This document shows, piece after piece, positions 38,743-47,834 of a stretch of DNA of 63,368 bases. Position 1 is the first letter of the stretch, and each line of letters starts with the position of its first letter. The position numbers and the translations under genes were made by a program. The notes beneath the pieces are model-generated. The model was not told the origin of the DNA. It searched no databases and was given only the letters and a program-made list of their open reading frames with translations. Source of the DNA: Candidatus Thorarchaeota archaeon (GTDB lineage: Archaea; Asgardarchaeota; Thorarchaeia; Thorarchaeales; Thorarchaeaceae). The DNA lies in the NCBI GenBank assembly GCA_048884785.1, contig JBHLQM010000007.1, positions 9,567 to 72,934 on the forward strand, in the 5' to 3' direction.

Positions 38743-39729
38743 GTGCCCGGTTTAGTAGTTAGAAAGGATAATGGCGATTTACACTGGTACCCGCTCTTTA
38801 GGCAAGATCAGAAGTTTACGTTCTATCCATCCAAGGATTATGGACAAAGAGAAACAGGCTTTAAGGTCGGGAGAGGTTTCAATTTCGAGAAGTACTTGCC
38901 AGGATTTTGGATGACAGGCGGTCAGATGGAAGGACGGCGAAGGATTGGTGGCGGAAACTCGCTAGTAGTTGCTGAGAAAGACGGAGACCTGAAGTTTTAT
39001 AGATTTGAAAATGAAACATTTCTTGTCAGTGGAACAGGAGACAAGGTAGGCAAGGGTTTCAAAAGTAGTTGGGACTTCTATGTCGCGGAATGGATGGCCA
39101 ACGGAACTTCAGATCTTCTCGTGAGAGATGAAGATGGAGACCTCCGCCTATTCCCATGGGACGGGAAGGAGTTTCGAGACCTCGGACGGTCAGAAAATGT
39201 TGGTAAAGGTTTCAAGAAGGATAAATATCCGGACTTGTTCCCAGGATACTGGAGAGGAGGTAAATACCCAGATCTTGTCGCGAGAGAGGAGAATGGGAGT
39301 CTTTGGCTTTACCCGTTTAATGGAGAATCATTTAGAGACGCAGGTGACCGTGAGAGGATAGGGCGCGGCTTCGGTGACCAGTTTACTCATTTTCTCATCG
39401 ATGAATGGATGCAGAATGGAACTCCCGACATGATTGTAAGGGACAAGGGAGGGAGTCTTAAGAGATATGTGTTCGGTAGACAAGGCAATGATTTCAAGTT
39501 TGAAGACGGACCCTACGAAACCGTCGGGAAAGGATTCCATGATGATTGGACATATCTAGTGGGTCATTGGAGAATGCCTGGAAAGCCCGATCTCATCCTT
39601 AGAGATGACGATGATAATATGAGATTCTATCCCTTCGACGAAGGAGAATTCACAGACCTGCCAAAAGGGGATAAGTACATCGGAAAGGGCTGGAAGTTCA
39701 CACATTTCTGGGACTTCTATCCGATTTGA
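38743..39729 (+). CDS. Six-repeat beta-propeller protein (FG-GAP/tachylectin-like)
   Basis: Six ~50-aa repeats of DLxxRxxxGxLxxYxF...[VI]G[KR]G[FW]; no signal peptide. Confidence 0.75.
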   Translation: MPGLVVRKDNGDLHWYPLFRQDQKFTFYPSKDYGQRETGFKVGRGFNFEKYLPGFWMTGGQMEGRRRIGGGNSLVVAEKDGDLKFYRFENETFLVSGTGDKVGKGFKSSWDFYVAEWMANGTSDLLVRDEDGDLRLFPWDGKEFRDLGRSENVGKGFKKDKYPDLFPGYWRGGKYPDLVAREENGSLWLYPFNGESFRDAGDRERIGRGFGDQFTHFLIDEWMQNGTPDMIVRDKGGSLKRYVFGRQGNDFKFEDGPYETVGKGFHDDWTYLVGHWRMPGKPDLILRDDDDNMRFYPFDEGEFTDLPKGDKYIGKGWKFTHFWDFYPI

Positions 39730-39829
39730 AACTGTGATTGCATCCACGCATCTGCCTCTCATCTGCTCCCAAGTCGTTTCCAATTAATATTAATGCGAGA
39801 GAGCTTCCCATGTAACTGGGTGAAGTTTC

Positions 39830-40288
39830 TTGAGATGGAGCGTTCTTTCAGAACTTCCTGATGACGTTTTTCAACAATGGCAAAAAACTGGCGGCTCTCT
39901 AAATCCAAGCTCAGTTCTGGCATCAATCAATGAAGATGGATCTCCTCGGACAGCGCCCTTTGGTAGTCTCAGAGCTATCTCTCCGAAACTGTTACGTCTT
40001 CTTGTTCATAAATCTCATGACACACTCGCCAACATCGTGAGGGACAATAGGATTATGATAGCTCTTGTTTCTCCTCCGAATACAGCTGCAAGCGTTAAAG
40101 GGATAGCAAGAGTAATTCAACATGAATGGGAGGGTGATAGGCGGTATGCCCTGATTGAGATTGAAGTACTAGAAGTCAAAAACGATATGCCCGTACAAAT
40201 CAAAATCGAATCCGGCATCTCAATATCACCATCAGGTCCATTTCAAGATTGGTGGAACGGTGTGTGGCCTGAATTTGAAAACATATGA
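39830..40288 (+). CDS. Pyridoxamine 5'-phosphate oxidase-like FMN-binding protein
   Basis: LASINEDGSPRTAP, TLANIVRDNRI, VKGIARVI. Confidence 0.8.
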   Translation: MRWSVLSELPDDVFQQWQKTGGSLNPSSVLASINEDGSPRTAPFGSLRAISPKLLRLLVHKSHDTLANIVRDNRIMIALVSPPNTAASVKGIARVIQHEWEGDRRYALIEIEVLEVKNDMPVQIKIESGISISPSGPFQDWWNGVWPEFENI

Positions 40289-40406
40289 ATCAGAAGACCA
40301 AAGCTCCTGTCCACTCAATAGATATAGTAGTTTAATAATGGAGAATCAAAATGATATTAAGGAGTAGAGGGCCGGAATAGGTCACTCGAATAGAGAGGCC
40401 ACTAGC

Positions 40407-41174
40407 ATGAATGATTCGGATACGATTGATCTTGCCTATGTTGAGGGTCGTATGGATACAAAATTCTGGGCGATTGGAGCAATTCTGGCAGCACTTTATG
40501 GTGTTGGTTCATTAATACCAGTCAGTGGGTTCATCATTGCTGGAGGCATCTCTGCCAGTATCAGTTTGACTCTTTTGATAGCACCTCTATTTGGTATTAT
40601 TCTTGGACCATGGAAAGGAGGAGCATTTGGTCTAATAGGCGGAATTATTGCTACTGCACTAGGAGGCTCAGGAGGATTATTCCTAGCGATTCCATTTCTC
40701 TTCCTTTCTCCGGGAATCTCTGGATTCCTTACAGGTCTTTGTGTGAAGCCTGAGATGGGAAACAGATGGGTTCCAGGCGCAGGAATTACTGCCATCTTCA
40801 TTTCCCTCATTATGTTTCTCTATCTAATCGTGAATCTTCAGGCTTGGTGGTTCATGGCGTATTACGGAGCTGCACTAGTGGTGGCAATATCTCTTCAGCT
40901 AACCGGAAAGTCCTTGGATCTGGGTAATCCTGGAAGAAACACTCTCTTGAAGATAATTCCTTTTGCCCTAATTGGAACGGTCACGGATTTTTCAATGATG
41001 ACAATGGGAGCGGTGTACATCTTTGCCATTCCAGCAGAAGTATTTGGATTCGTCATATTCCCTGCTATGCTTGTAGAGAGAACTGCGGCTATATTGATTA
41101 GCACACTTGTAATTCTAGCAATAGTTAAGGCATTTCCAGATCTTTGGATTCGGCCTCCAGAATCACATCAATAA
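40407..41174 (+). CDS. ECF transporter S-component-like membrane protein
   Basis: Multi-TM; LFGIILGPWKGGAFGLIGG pattern typical of S components. Confidence 0.7.
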   Translation: MNDSDTIDLAYVEGRMDTKFWAIGAILAALYGVGSLIPVSGFIIAGGISASISLTLLIAPLFGIILGPWKGGAFGLIGGIIATALGGSGGLFLAIPFLFLSPGISGFLTGLCVKPEMGNRWVPGAGITAIFISLIMFLYLIVNLQAWWFMAYYGAALVVAISLQLTGKSLDLGNPGRNTLLKIIPFALIGTVTDFSMMTMGAVYIFAIPAEVFGFVIFPAMLVERTAAILISTLVILAIVKAFPDLWIRPPESHQ

Positions 41175-41763
41175 TAATTCCGAGGGTGTCAACAAGAATA
41201 TTCAGCGGCATTGTAGCCAATGAAGAATCGTCTTTCTCAACTGATTGTTGAGGCAAAGGCGGCACATGAACAAACATCGCCTTCGCTTGCACTTCACCAG
41301 TCGCGATCCAATCTAAGACAGTGAATAGAATCCAGTTGCACCCATAGGTGCCCGCGTGATAGCTAACTGCCGCTGGAATTCCCCTTGAGTTAAGAACATC
41401 AACAATTGGGTGTACATTGATGTTGGAGAAATATGCTGCGGGAGAACCCTCTTTGATCACAAACCTATCCGGTTTGTATCCATAGTTATCTGGTCGTTTC
41501 ACATTGATAATATTGAGACCTATCTGCTCAAGAGTAATGACGGGTCGGTTTGCTTGACCCATACAAATAATGTATTCAGGTGTATTCTCGTGTATAGATT
41601 GCTTCAGTATTTGCGCTGCTTTATTATAATCCAGAGGAAGCACCTTGCCAATTATCCTGTACCCGCTGGCTATTGTTCCATCTAATGCTTTCACAATTTC
41701 CTCTGAAGGATTGATTGAATAGCCATCAAACGGCTCAAATCCAGTGACGATTATTTTTGGCAC
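41125..41763 (-). CDS. pcp: Pyroglutamyl-peptidase I
   Basis: TGFEPF..NPS; catalytic triad E (ITLE), C (AGTYGCN), H (FVHVP). Confidence 0.93.
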   Translation of the reverse strand: MPKIIVTGFEPFDGYSINPSEEIVKALDGTIASGYRIIGKVLPLDYNKAAQILKQSIHENTPEYIICMGQANRPVITLEQIGLNIINVKRPDNYGYKPDRFVIKEGSPAAYFSNINVHPIVDVLNSRGIPAAVSYHAGTYGCNWILFTVLDWIATGEVQAKAMFVHVPPLPQQSVEKDDSSLATMPLNILVDTLGIIIDVILEAESKDLEMP

Positions 41764-41812
41764 AACAGCACCCTATTCAAGAGATACCCTATCCTAGATA
41801 TTCCTTGTGCAA

Positions 41813-42472
41813 TCATGAAATTGCCAAGAAGACGAAGTATCCTCCGAGGGCAATTTGGAAAATTCCGATGATAACATTGATCCAATTTATCCCCCCATAG
41901 CCAGCACGCTTTGAAGCTGTATCTGTTCCAACCGTAAGAAACGCTCCGAAGATGAAATCCGTCGATATATGTGTGAGGTAAATTAGGACTGCTGCAATGA
42001 ATACCGTTCCTACTCCGACTTGTAGCTCAGTCATTAATAGGGTCACATTGCTTAGTCCAATTGCGGCCCACCACAGGATAAAGTATGGAGAAAGTATACT
42101 CACTGCAGCACCTTGTGTTGTTGCCTCTGCGATGCTTGATACTCTTGATGTGAGTGTTTGATTTTCATCCAAGGATTTGACTTTGAATCTATAGTCTTTT
42201 AGTGCCAAAAACCCATAGGCGACAATTACAATTCCTCCGAATCCAACCATGAGATCAATTGTAAAGGTATCAAATGCAAAAATCTGAGTTCCAATGATGA
42301 TAGCGCTGACAATCCCCAACTCAACAATAGCATGCCCAACCATTGGCATTATCCCATGTAATCGTCCATGCCGACTTGATTGCATAACTACAGCCGCGGA
42401 CAACGGACCAGGAGCCAATGCTCCTGTCAGCGACAGCAAGAACCATACAACCAAGATTTCTAAAACACCCAC
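41813..42472 (-). CDS. LysE family translocator
   Basis: ALAPGPL, GHAIVE, SPYFILWW; GTG at 42472 preferred (ORF track 42523). Confidence 0.85.
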   Translation of the reverse strand: MGVLEILVVWFLLSLTGALAPGPLSAAVVMQSSRHGRLHGIMPMVGHAIVELGIVSAIIIGTQIFAFDTFTIDLMVGFGGIVIVAYGFLALKDYRFKVKSLDENQTLTSRVSSIAEATTQGAAVSILSPYFILWWAAIGLSNVTLLMTELQVGVGTVFIAAVLIYLTHISTDFIFGAFLTVGTDTASKRAGYGGINWINVIIGIFQIALGGYFVFLAIS

Positions 42473-42648
42473 AGTGGCAACACCTGCAATATCTGCGCGA
42501 ATAGCAGCTTTGCACAAAAACATGATGTTTGGAACCTATTCATCGTAATTACGTATTACCTGTATTACAATATGCAATTTAGGCACCGTTGGAAATCCTT
42601 AATAACTATCTCAAATCAGGGACTTTGATTCTACGGGATGGTAACTCT

Positions 42649-43791
42649 GTGAAGCAAGTACAGATCACGGTTCCCTATGAGAAGACCGAAACGGTGTTTG
42701 ATTTTCTTGTGGATGTTCTTGATATCAAGAACGTTGTCAGATTCACCGCTGATAACGCACACCTACTCCAATTTAGGATTCCTGATGATGAAGTCAGCGA
42801 TACTATGGAAGGATTGAAGAGTAGAGGCGTGGGTGTTGAATTTGGCTTCATAGATATCTTAGACCTTAAGGCATCCTTGCCTCGCGAGGTTGAGGAAACA
42901 AATGAGAAGAAGATACAACGGGAAGCAACTTTAGCTGTAGAAGAAATTTACGACAGTGTTAAGAAGCAAGCATCACTAAGTTTTGATTTCATCGCCTTTG
43001 TGGTTTTCGCGGCAGTAATGGCTGGATTTGGTCTTATTCAGAACAACATCACAATCATAGTTGCATCAATGCTTTTGTCACCTCTCATGGGTCCGATGCT
43101 TGGTGTAGCATTGGGCTATGTAGTAGGAGATAGATCTCTCTTCATCAAAGGCACCAAGAACGAACTAATAGCGTTGGGTCTATCCTTTGCGGTTGGAGCG
43201 GTTATGGGGCTACTAATGCCTATTCTGTATCCCTTTAGTCCTGGATTCATGAATGTAGTTGAAAGCCAGTGGAATGCGGCTCCAATGGTACTAACTGAAG
43301 TGACCAGAAGAGGAACCATATTCACTGCACTAGATATTGGTATTGCCATCTTTTCAGGGGCAGCAATTGCTATCTCAGTCACAAGGGGAGATATGTCGTC
43401 CCTTGTCGGTGTTGCAATATCAGCTGCTCTAATGCCTCCTGCAGTCAATGTGGGAATGATGATAACGCTAGGGGCAATAACAGGGTCAGTAGATGGGATC
43501 GCAATAGGCGGAGGTTCTCTTTTACTTCTTGGCATGAACATCATCTTAATTGATGTTGCAGCTGTGATTATGTTTAGAATCAAGAAGCTAGGTATAATTG
43601 AGGACAAATCAGCTACTTGGACAGCTGTTACTCAATATCGTCAGCGGAGAAGTGGTAGCCTCTATCACAAGCCATCCGCTGAAGGTGGAGCTACATTCAC
43701 TCCTGCACCAGCTGCTACAGTTAACGGTAAATCTGAAACGACAACCGAATCAGCAGAAAAGAAGGAACCTAACAAGAAAGGGACGAGCTAG
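42649..43791 (+). CDS. DUF389 / TIGR00341 family membrane protein
   Basis: ASMLLSPLMGP and LVGVAISAALMPPA motifs; GTG at 42649. Confidence 0.88.
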   Translation: MKQVQITVPYEKTETVFDFLVDVLDIKNVVRFTADNAHLLQFRIPDDEVSDTMEGLKSRGVGVEFGFIDILDLKASLPREVEETNEKKIQREATLAVEEIYDSVKKQASLSFDFIAFVVFAAVMAGFGLIQNNITIIVASMLLSPLMGPMLGVALGYVVGDRSLFIKGTKNELIALGLSFAVGAVMGLLMPILYPFSPGFMNVVESQWNAAPMVLTEVTRRGTIFTALDIGIAIFSGAAIAISVTRGDMSSLVGVAISAALMPPAVNVGMMITLGAITGSVDGIAIGGGSLLLLGMNIILIDVAAVIMFRIKKLGIIEDKSATWTAVTQYRQRRSGSLYHKPSAEGGATFTPAPAATVNGKSETTTESAEKKEPNKKGTS

Positions 43792-43903
43792 GAGAAGCGG
43801 GTTGAGAACCAGTTCTCATCAGTTGTATTACTCCAATGATACATCCAGTTATAGATAGGATGGGGTTAACTTTCTTAGAAAGTTGACCCGGAGATTAGCA
43901 CAA

Positions 43904-44230
43904 ATGAACGAGAATGAACAGCTCAAGAACAAGCTCTTCAAAGGACTTACTGAACACGACATCCTGACGTGGGAGGAGGAAAAGATGAGATTCCAACGAA
44001 GGATGGGGCAGAAAGTGACTGATCTCCAATTTCTACGCCATCTTCTAATGATTGCATCTCGACCGGTGATATCAACGAAAGAGGGCATCTCTACAGGATA
44101 TATAACTGGCCAAGGACCAATATACGAGAAAGGTGATAGTCTTCTGGAGAGATACCGACAAAAGCAAGTTGATCATGTATCAGATGTGTCAAAACCCATT
44201 AGGAAATTGGACTCAAAACTTTCTCACTAG
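43904..44230 (+). CDS. Hypothetical protein
   Basis: 108 aa ORF with plausible composition filling the intergenic space. Confidence 0.55.
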   Translation: MNENEQLKNKLFKGLTEHDILTWEEEKMRFQRRMGQKVTDLQFLRHLLMIASRPVISTKEGISTGYITGQGPIYEKGDSLLERYRQKQVDHVSDVSKPIRKLDSKLSH

Positions 44231-44265
44231 ACACAAGCCTATCTCATAATACACAAACCCTCAAT

Positions 44266-44313
44266 CTTATATACCATTTGTTCACTAGTTACTAGTGACC
44301 AATTGTACACTAG
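44266..44313 (+). promoter_or_regulatory. TATA box plus palindromic operator
   Basis: CTTATATA (44266-44273) followed by the perfect inverted repeat TCACTAGT-T-ACTAGTGA (44282-44298); extra CACTAG at 44225 and 44308. Confidence 0.65.
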
Positions 44314-44345
44314 CTAAAGCGATATTGTGGAAGAGTGTGAATTAA

Positions 44346-44498
44346 ATGCTGGAAAGAACAAGGATTGACGATGAAGATGATGCAGGTCAGCAACAGACAA
44401 ACAATGACCTGCAGCAGGGATCTTGGTTTGATGATGGATTGTACCAAGAATGGCTTGTTTTCCTATATGGAATCTGGAACAGGATAGACTATTTGTAG
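44346..44498 (+). CDS. 50-aa small protein (below the ORF-track cutoff)
   Basis: MLERTRIDDEDDAGQQQTNNDLQQGSWFDDGLYQEWLVFLYGIWNRIDYL, located between the promoter and the regulator gene. Confidence 0.45.
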   Translation: MLERTRIDDEDDAGQQQTNNDLQQGSWFDDGLYQEWLVFLYGIWNRIDYL

Positions 44499-44540
44499 TA
44501 GAACCAAATCTGTATTTAGACGCGCAGGGAGAGATGACGC

Positions 44541-45251
44541 TTGCCTCAAGAAGACCAGGAGAAACCAGACGATCTAGATTTAGTGTTTAAAGCACTTGGA
44601 CACACCACACGAAGGAGGATACTCAGACTACTCGCTCAGAGGCCTAGGTATCCATATGAACTCAGCAAGCTGCTATCCTTTGAATTGAGCAAAAGTGTGA
44701 CTTCTCGGGTGGTCATTAAACATTTAGAAGTGCTGCAAAATGTGGGGATAGTTTCCAGAGAAACAGGAGAGAGTGATCTGGGTCCTGACAGGACATACTA
44801 TCGACTTAATATGGGATTTGGGCTTTCAACTACTCTCTTGCCCAATACCTTTGTTGTGCGTTTGACTCCACATGGTGGAACTATTAAACTTCCAGCCGGG
44901 TTTGTGATCCCATCGGTAAGTACAGATGTCAAAGCTGTTCGGTATCTTCTGAACGACCTTCAAAAGATCGATCGTCGACTTACTTCGTTGGATGATGAAA
45001 GAACAAGATTGGCTAATCTGAAGGGGCAGATAATCCAGAGGGTGGAGGACATAATGCAGGAGCACAACTGGGATGAGATAAGTTGCTATCGAGTAAGAAC
45101 CCTACTTAATCCAGTCCGCTCAGAAGCAGAGGGAGAGGAATCTGCCGAGCCTATGGATGAAGTAATGGATATTTTTGAGAAGCAAATGGGTAGTTCCAAG
45201 ACATCTAAGGAAAAGAAACCAAGACAAGAAATATCAATTGAATTCGATTGA
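44541..45251 (+). CDS. ArsR-type wHTH regulator with coiled coil, Phr/HSR1 (COG1777)-like
   Basis: LGHTTRRRILRLLAQRP..ELS...KHLEVLQNVGIV...GPDRTYY, beta hairpin, then coiled coil, as in the archaeal heat-shock regulator Phr. Confidence 0.8.
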   Translation: MPQEDQEKPDDLDLVFKALGHTTRRRILRLLAQRPRYPYELSKLLSFELSKSVTSRVVIKHLEVLQNVGIVSRETGESDLGPDRTYYRLNMGFGLSTTLLPNTFVVRLTPHGGTIKLPAGFVIPSVSTDVKAVRYLLNDLQKIDRRLTSLDDERTRLANLKGQIIQRVEDIMQEHNWDEISCYRVRTLLNPVRSEAEGEESAEPMDEVMDIFEKQMGSSKTSKEKKPRQEISIEFD

Positions 45252-45257
45252 GAAACT

Positions 45258-45959
45258 CTACCAATTGAGGTCAATTCCCCAATCTGTTCTATCTGGTCCT
45301 TGCATACTCGGGACATATTCAATCGGATTGTAGGGCATTTCTATACCAGTTGATTTCTTTATGGTAAGATAGTTCTTGCCTCGAGATGTTGAGAGTGTTA
45401 CTATTCCTTGAGCCAAAGAGAAGAGCTGATTGATTGTAACCGAGTCTGCTGTATCTGCATGGATAAGATAATACTCTATGGATCCATTTCTGATGCTCTC
45501 TTCTACGCTCTCTTTAAAGAATTGAACCACATCTCTAGCTGAGAAATCGATAAGAAGAGGAGTTAATGCTTCAAAAGCTATGACACGAGGTTGCAGGAGA
45601 TTCCTTAGACTTCTCATCATGATATTAATCTCATGAAGATGTGGAGAGCAAGTATGTCTTCCTACGGTTTGCTGTCCGTAATTGACCTCTAGTATTTGAA
45701 ACTCATCATTTTGCTTCTTTGCCATATCATCAATTAGAGTTCTATTCCTTGCTTCAGTTATCACATTAAGAGTTCTGAGTCCATGCTTGGCGGCTTTTTG
45801 AATAACAGTCGTCATGAAAAGGTCATAATGGCTTTCCTGTGAAGCCATTACCAGATACACATATCCCTTTGGTGGCTTAGTGAGTAAACTATCAATGATG
45901 TTTTGGTGGTTTTTGCTAATTTCTCTGTTTACGCCAGCCATTACAGCCTGACCTCTCAA
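45258..45959 (-). CDS. Degenerate RAD55/KaiC-fold protein (no Walker A)
   Basis: Walker B-like RVIAFEALTPL, FSLAQGIVTL and LTIKK are present; no P-loop. Confidence 0.6.
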   Translation of the reverse strand: MRGQAVMAGVNREISKNHQNIIDSLLTKPPKGYVYLVMASQESHYDLFMTTVIQKAAKHGLRTLNVITEARNRTLIDDMAKKQNDEFQILEVNYGQQTVGRHTCSPHLHEINIMMRSLRNLLQPRVIAFEALTPLLIDFSARDVVQFFKESVEESIRNGSIEYYLIHADTADSVTINQLFSLAQGIVTLSTSRGKNYLTIKKSTGIEMPYNPIEYVPSMQGPDRTDWGIDLNW

Positions 45960-46339
45960 TCCTCAATTCTCAGATGTTTTCTGATAGTTTCAACCAATGC
46001 CTTACCTGAAAAGGGCTTTACGAGATAGTCGTCGGCACCTGCTTCTTGCCCTTCTTTGATGTCACGGCTCAATCCTTTAGCGGTAAACATCAGGATTGGC
46101 ACTTTTTTGAACCTATCTTCCCCCTTTAGTCGTCTACATACCTCGAATCCATCCATTCTTGGAAGCATAACATCAAGAAGGATGAGATCGGGACTCTCTG
46201 AATGTGCGAGCTCTAATGCAGTTTCTCCATCGAATGCGCAAGCAACTTCGAAGCCATGACTTTCAAGGAATTTCTTTGCCAACTCAGTTGTTATCTGCTC
46301 GTCATCAACAACCAAGATTAGTGGCTTTTTTTCACTCAA
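45956..46339 (-). CDS. Stand-alone response regulator receiver (CheY-like)
   Basis: VVDDE, LLDVMLPRMDG, FTA, KPF; all canonical residues present. Confidence 0.95.
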   Translation of the reverse strand: MSEKKPLILVVDDEQITTELAKKFLESHGFEVACAFDGETALELAHSESPDLILLDVMLPRMDGFEVCRRLKGEDRFKKVPILMFTAKGLSRDIKEGQEAGADDYLVKPFSGKALVETIRKHLRIED

Positions 46340-46352
46340 GTATCATCAATCC

Positions 46353-47738
46353 TTATACAATGGGCATTAAATCGTAATCAAGGAATCCTTCTGAGAGAAT
46401 AGGGCGTAATGCAAGATAATTGGTTCTTGGATTCTCTCCGACAACTCCCAGCACGCCGCATATTTCTTGAACACTGAGATGTACATGGTGAGATATTGAT
46501 TCGCTCTTTATTCCTTGATGTCTGCTTAGGATCGTTATTGTTGTTCTATTTGTTCTCTGAAGTGATGAGGACATTTCTGCAATCATCCCACGAACTCCTG
46601 CCGGGCCATACATGTTCTCCAATGTATCCAAAGCAAAAAGCTCCGTCACCTCATGCTTGAACTTCCTTTCTAGTTCTCCTGCCTCATATCTAATTTCCTG
46701 GAGGGTTTTAAGAGGATCAGAATCTATGGTTCTAACATTTTCGTATTGACCCAAATAATGGCGACCAAAGAAAACTACCTGAGCTTCTACTCGTGGTTTA
46801 TCAACAAAATGTGCTAGATTCTCTATGAAGAATTCGGGAGACCAGCCCTCGGGAAGAAGAATAACTGCAGGACGTCCTAGCTCCAAATGATTTGAGAGGA
46901 AGGGTATATAGATAGTTTCAAGGTATGGAACACCCAGATTCTCAACCTCAATTAGACTGAGTTGTCCTTTTCTGAATCCTCCGCCCAACATTTTATCCAG
47001 ACTGTGATTGCCTGTTGACATTCTATCTGGCGAAGGGTCAGCAATTGGTTCGCGACTTACTGTGATTGCCGGGTATTGATGTAAATACCAAGGAATGTAT
47101 GTAAATCGTCCATCATAAAGGGTAAAGAGAAAAGTATCCTGACTTATGGGTTGAGATCTCATTTTCTGCAGAATTATCTGGCGGTGCATCCGCTGATTTT
47201 CCCGTATTTTTTCAAGAACTATAACGCCATCTGCTGAATGGTGGAGAGTGTTGCAGTCAAAACTCGAAGAGGTTTCCTCTGAAACAAGAATTAATTTCCG
47301 ATTTTCTCTTCTGGCAGCGTGAATAATTGACTGTTGAATCTCATATCTATTGTCAGATGGTATAGGTTGCACAAAATCCGTCCAAGAATCTACTATAACC
47401 AGCTCTGCCTCGCATCTAATTTTGGTTTCCCCCAGAAGGTTGCAAAGATGGTCCTCTAAGGATGATTGATGAGCAATTTCTAGGTTCAAAGGACGTCTAT
47501 AGGATGAAAGAATATGGCGCTTTGCCCAATCAGGAGTTGTAGTGCCTAATTCTTGGTCAATCGCATTGAAATTCTCAGTACTGGTCAAAATCATGAATGA
47601 ATTCTTGTAATGTCTGAAAATCTCCTGGACAAAGAGTGATTTGCCAGTTCCGGGTTTTCCTGTGACAACAAGTACAAATCCTGTATTTGATGACAGTGCA
47701 TCCTGTATACTCGGAGGTACTTCGCCTACTTCACTCAT
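46353..47738 (-). CDS. Two-domain KaiC/RAD55-type ATPase, GvpD-like
   Basis: Domain 1: GKPGTGKS, VIVDSW, ADGVIVL, KMR. Domain 2 starts STGNHSLDKMLGGG but lacks Walker A. Confidence 0.8.
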   Translation of the reverse strand: MSEVGEVPPSIQDALSSNTGFVLVVTGKPGTGKSLFVQEIFRHYKNSFMILTSTENFNAIDQELGTTTPDWAKRHILSSYRRPLNLEIAHQSSLEDHLCNLLGETKIRCEAELVIVDSWTDFVQPIPSDNRYEIQQSIIHAARRENRKLILVSEETSSSFDCNTLHHSADGVIVLEKIRENQRMHRQIILQKMRSQPISQDTFLFTLYDGRFTYIPWYLHQYPAITVSREPIADPSPDRMSTGNHSLDKMLGGGFRKGQLSLIEVENLGVPYLETIYIPFLSNHLELGRPAVILLPEGWSPEFFIENLAHFVDKPRVEAQVVFFGRHYLGQYENVRTIDSDPLKTLQEIRYEAGELERKFKHEVTELFALDTLENMYGPAGVRGMIAEMSSSLQRTNRTTITILSRHQGIKSESISHHVHLSVQEICGVLGVVGENPRTNYLALRPILSEGFLDYDLMPIV

Positions 47739-47834
47739 TGGACGATTCCCTTGCGCTTTTCAATCATATCAATAACTAACTTATATACATAAGTACGGAT
47801 CATCGAAGTGCGCCGGTCCAATCCAATTTCATTG

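Noticed and set aside
46353-47738. Gas vesicle locus
   Set aside because: Only a GvpD-like ATPase is present; no gvpA or other structural gvp genes occur in the window.
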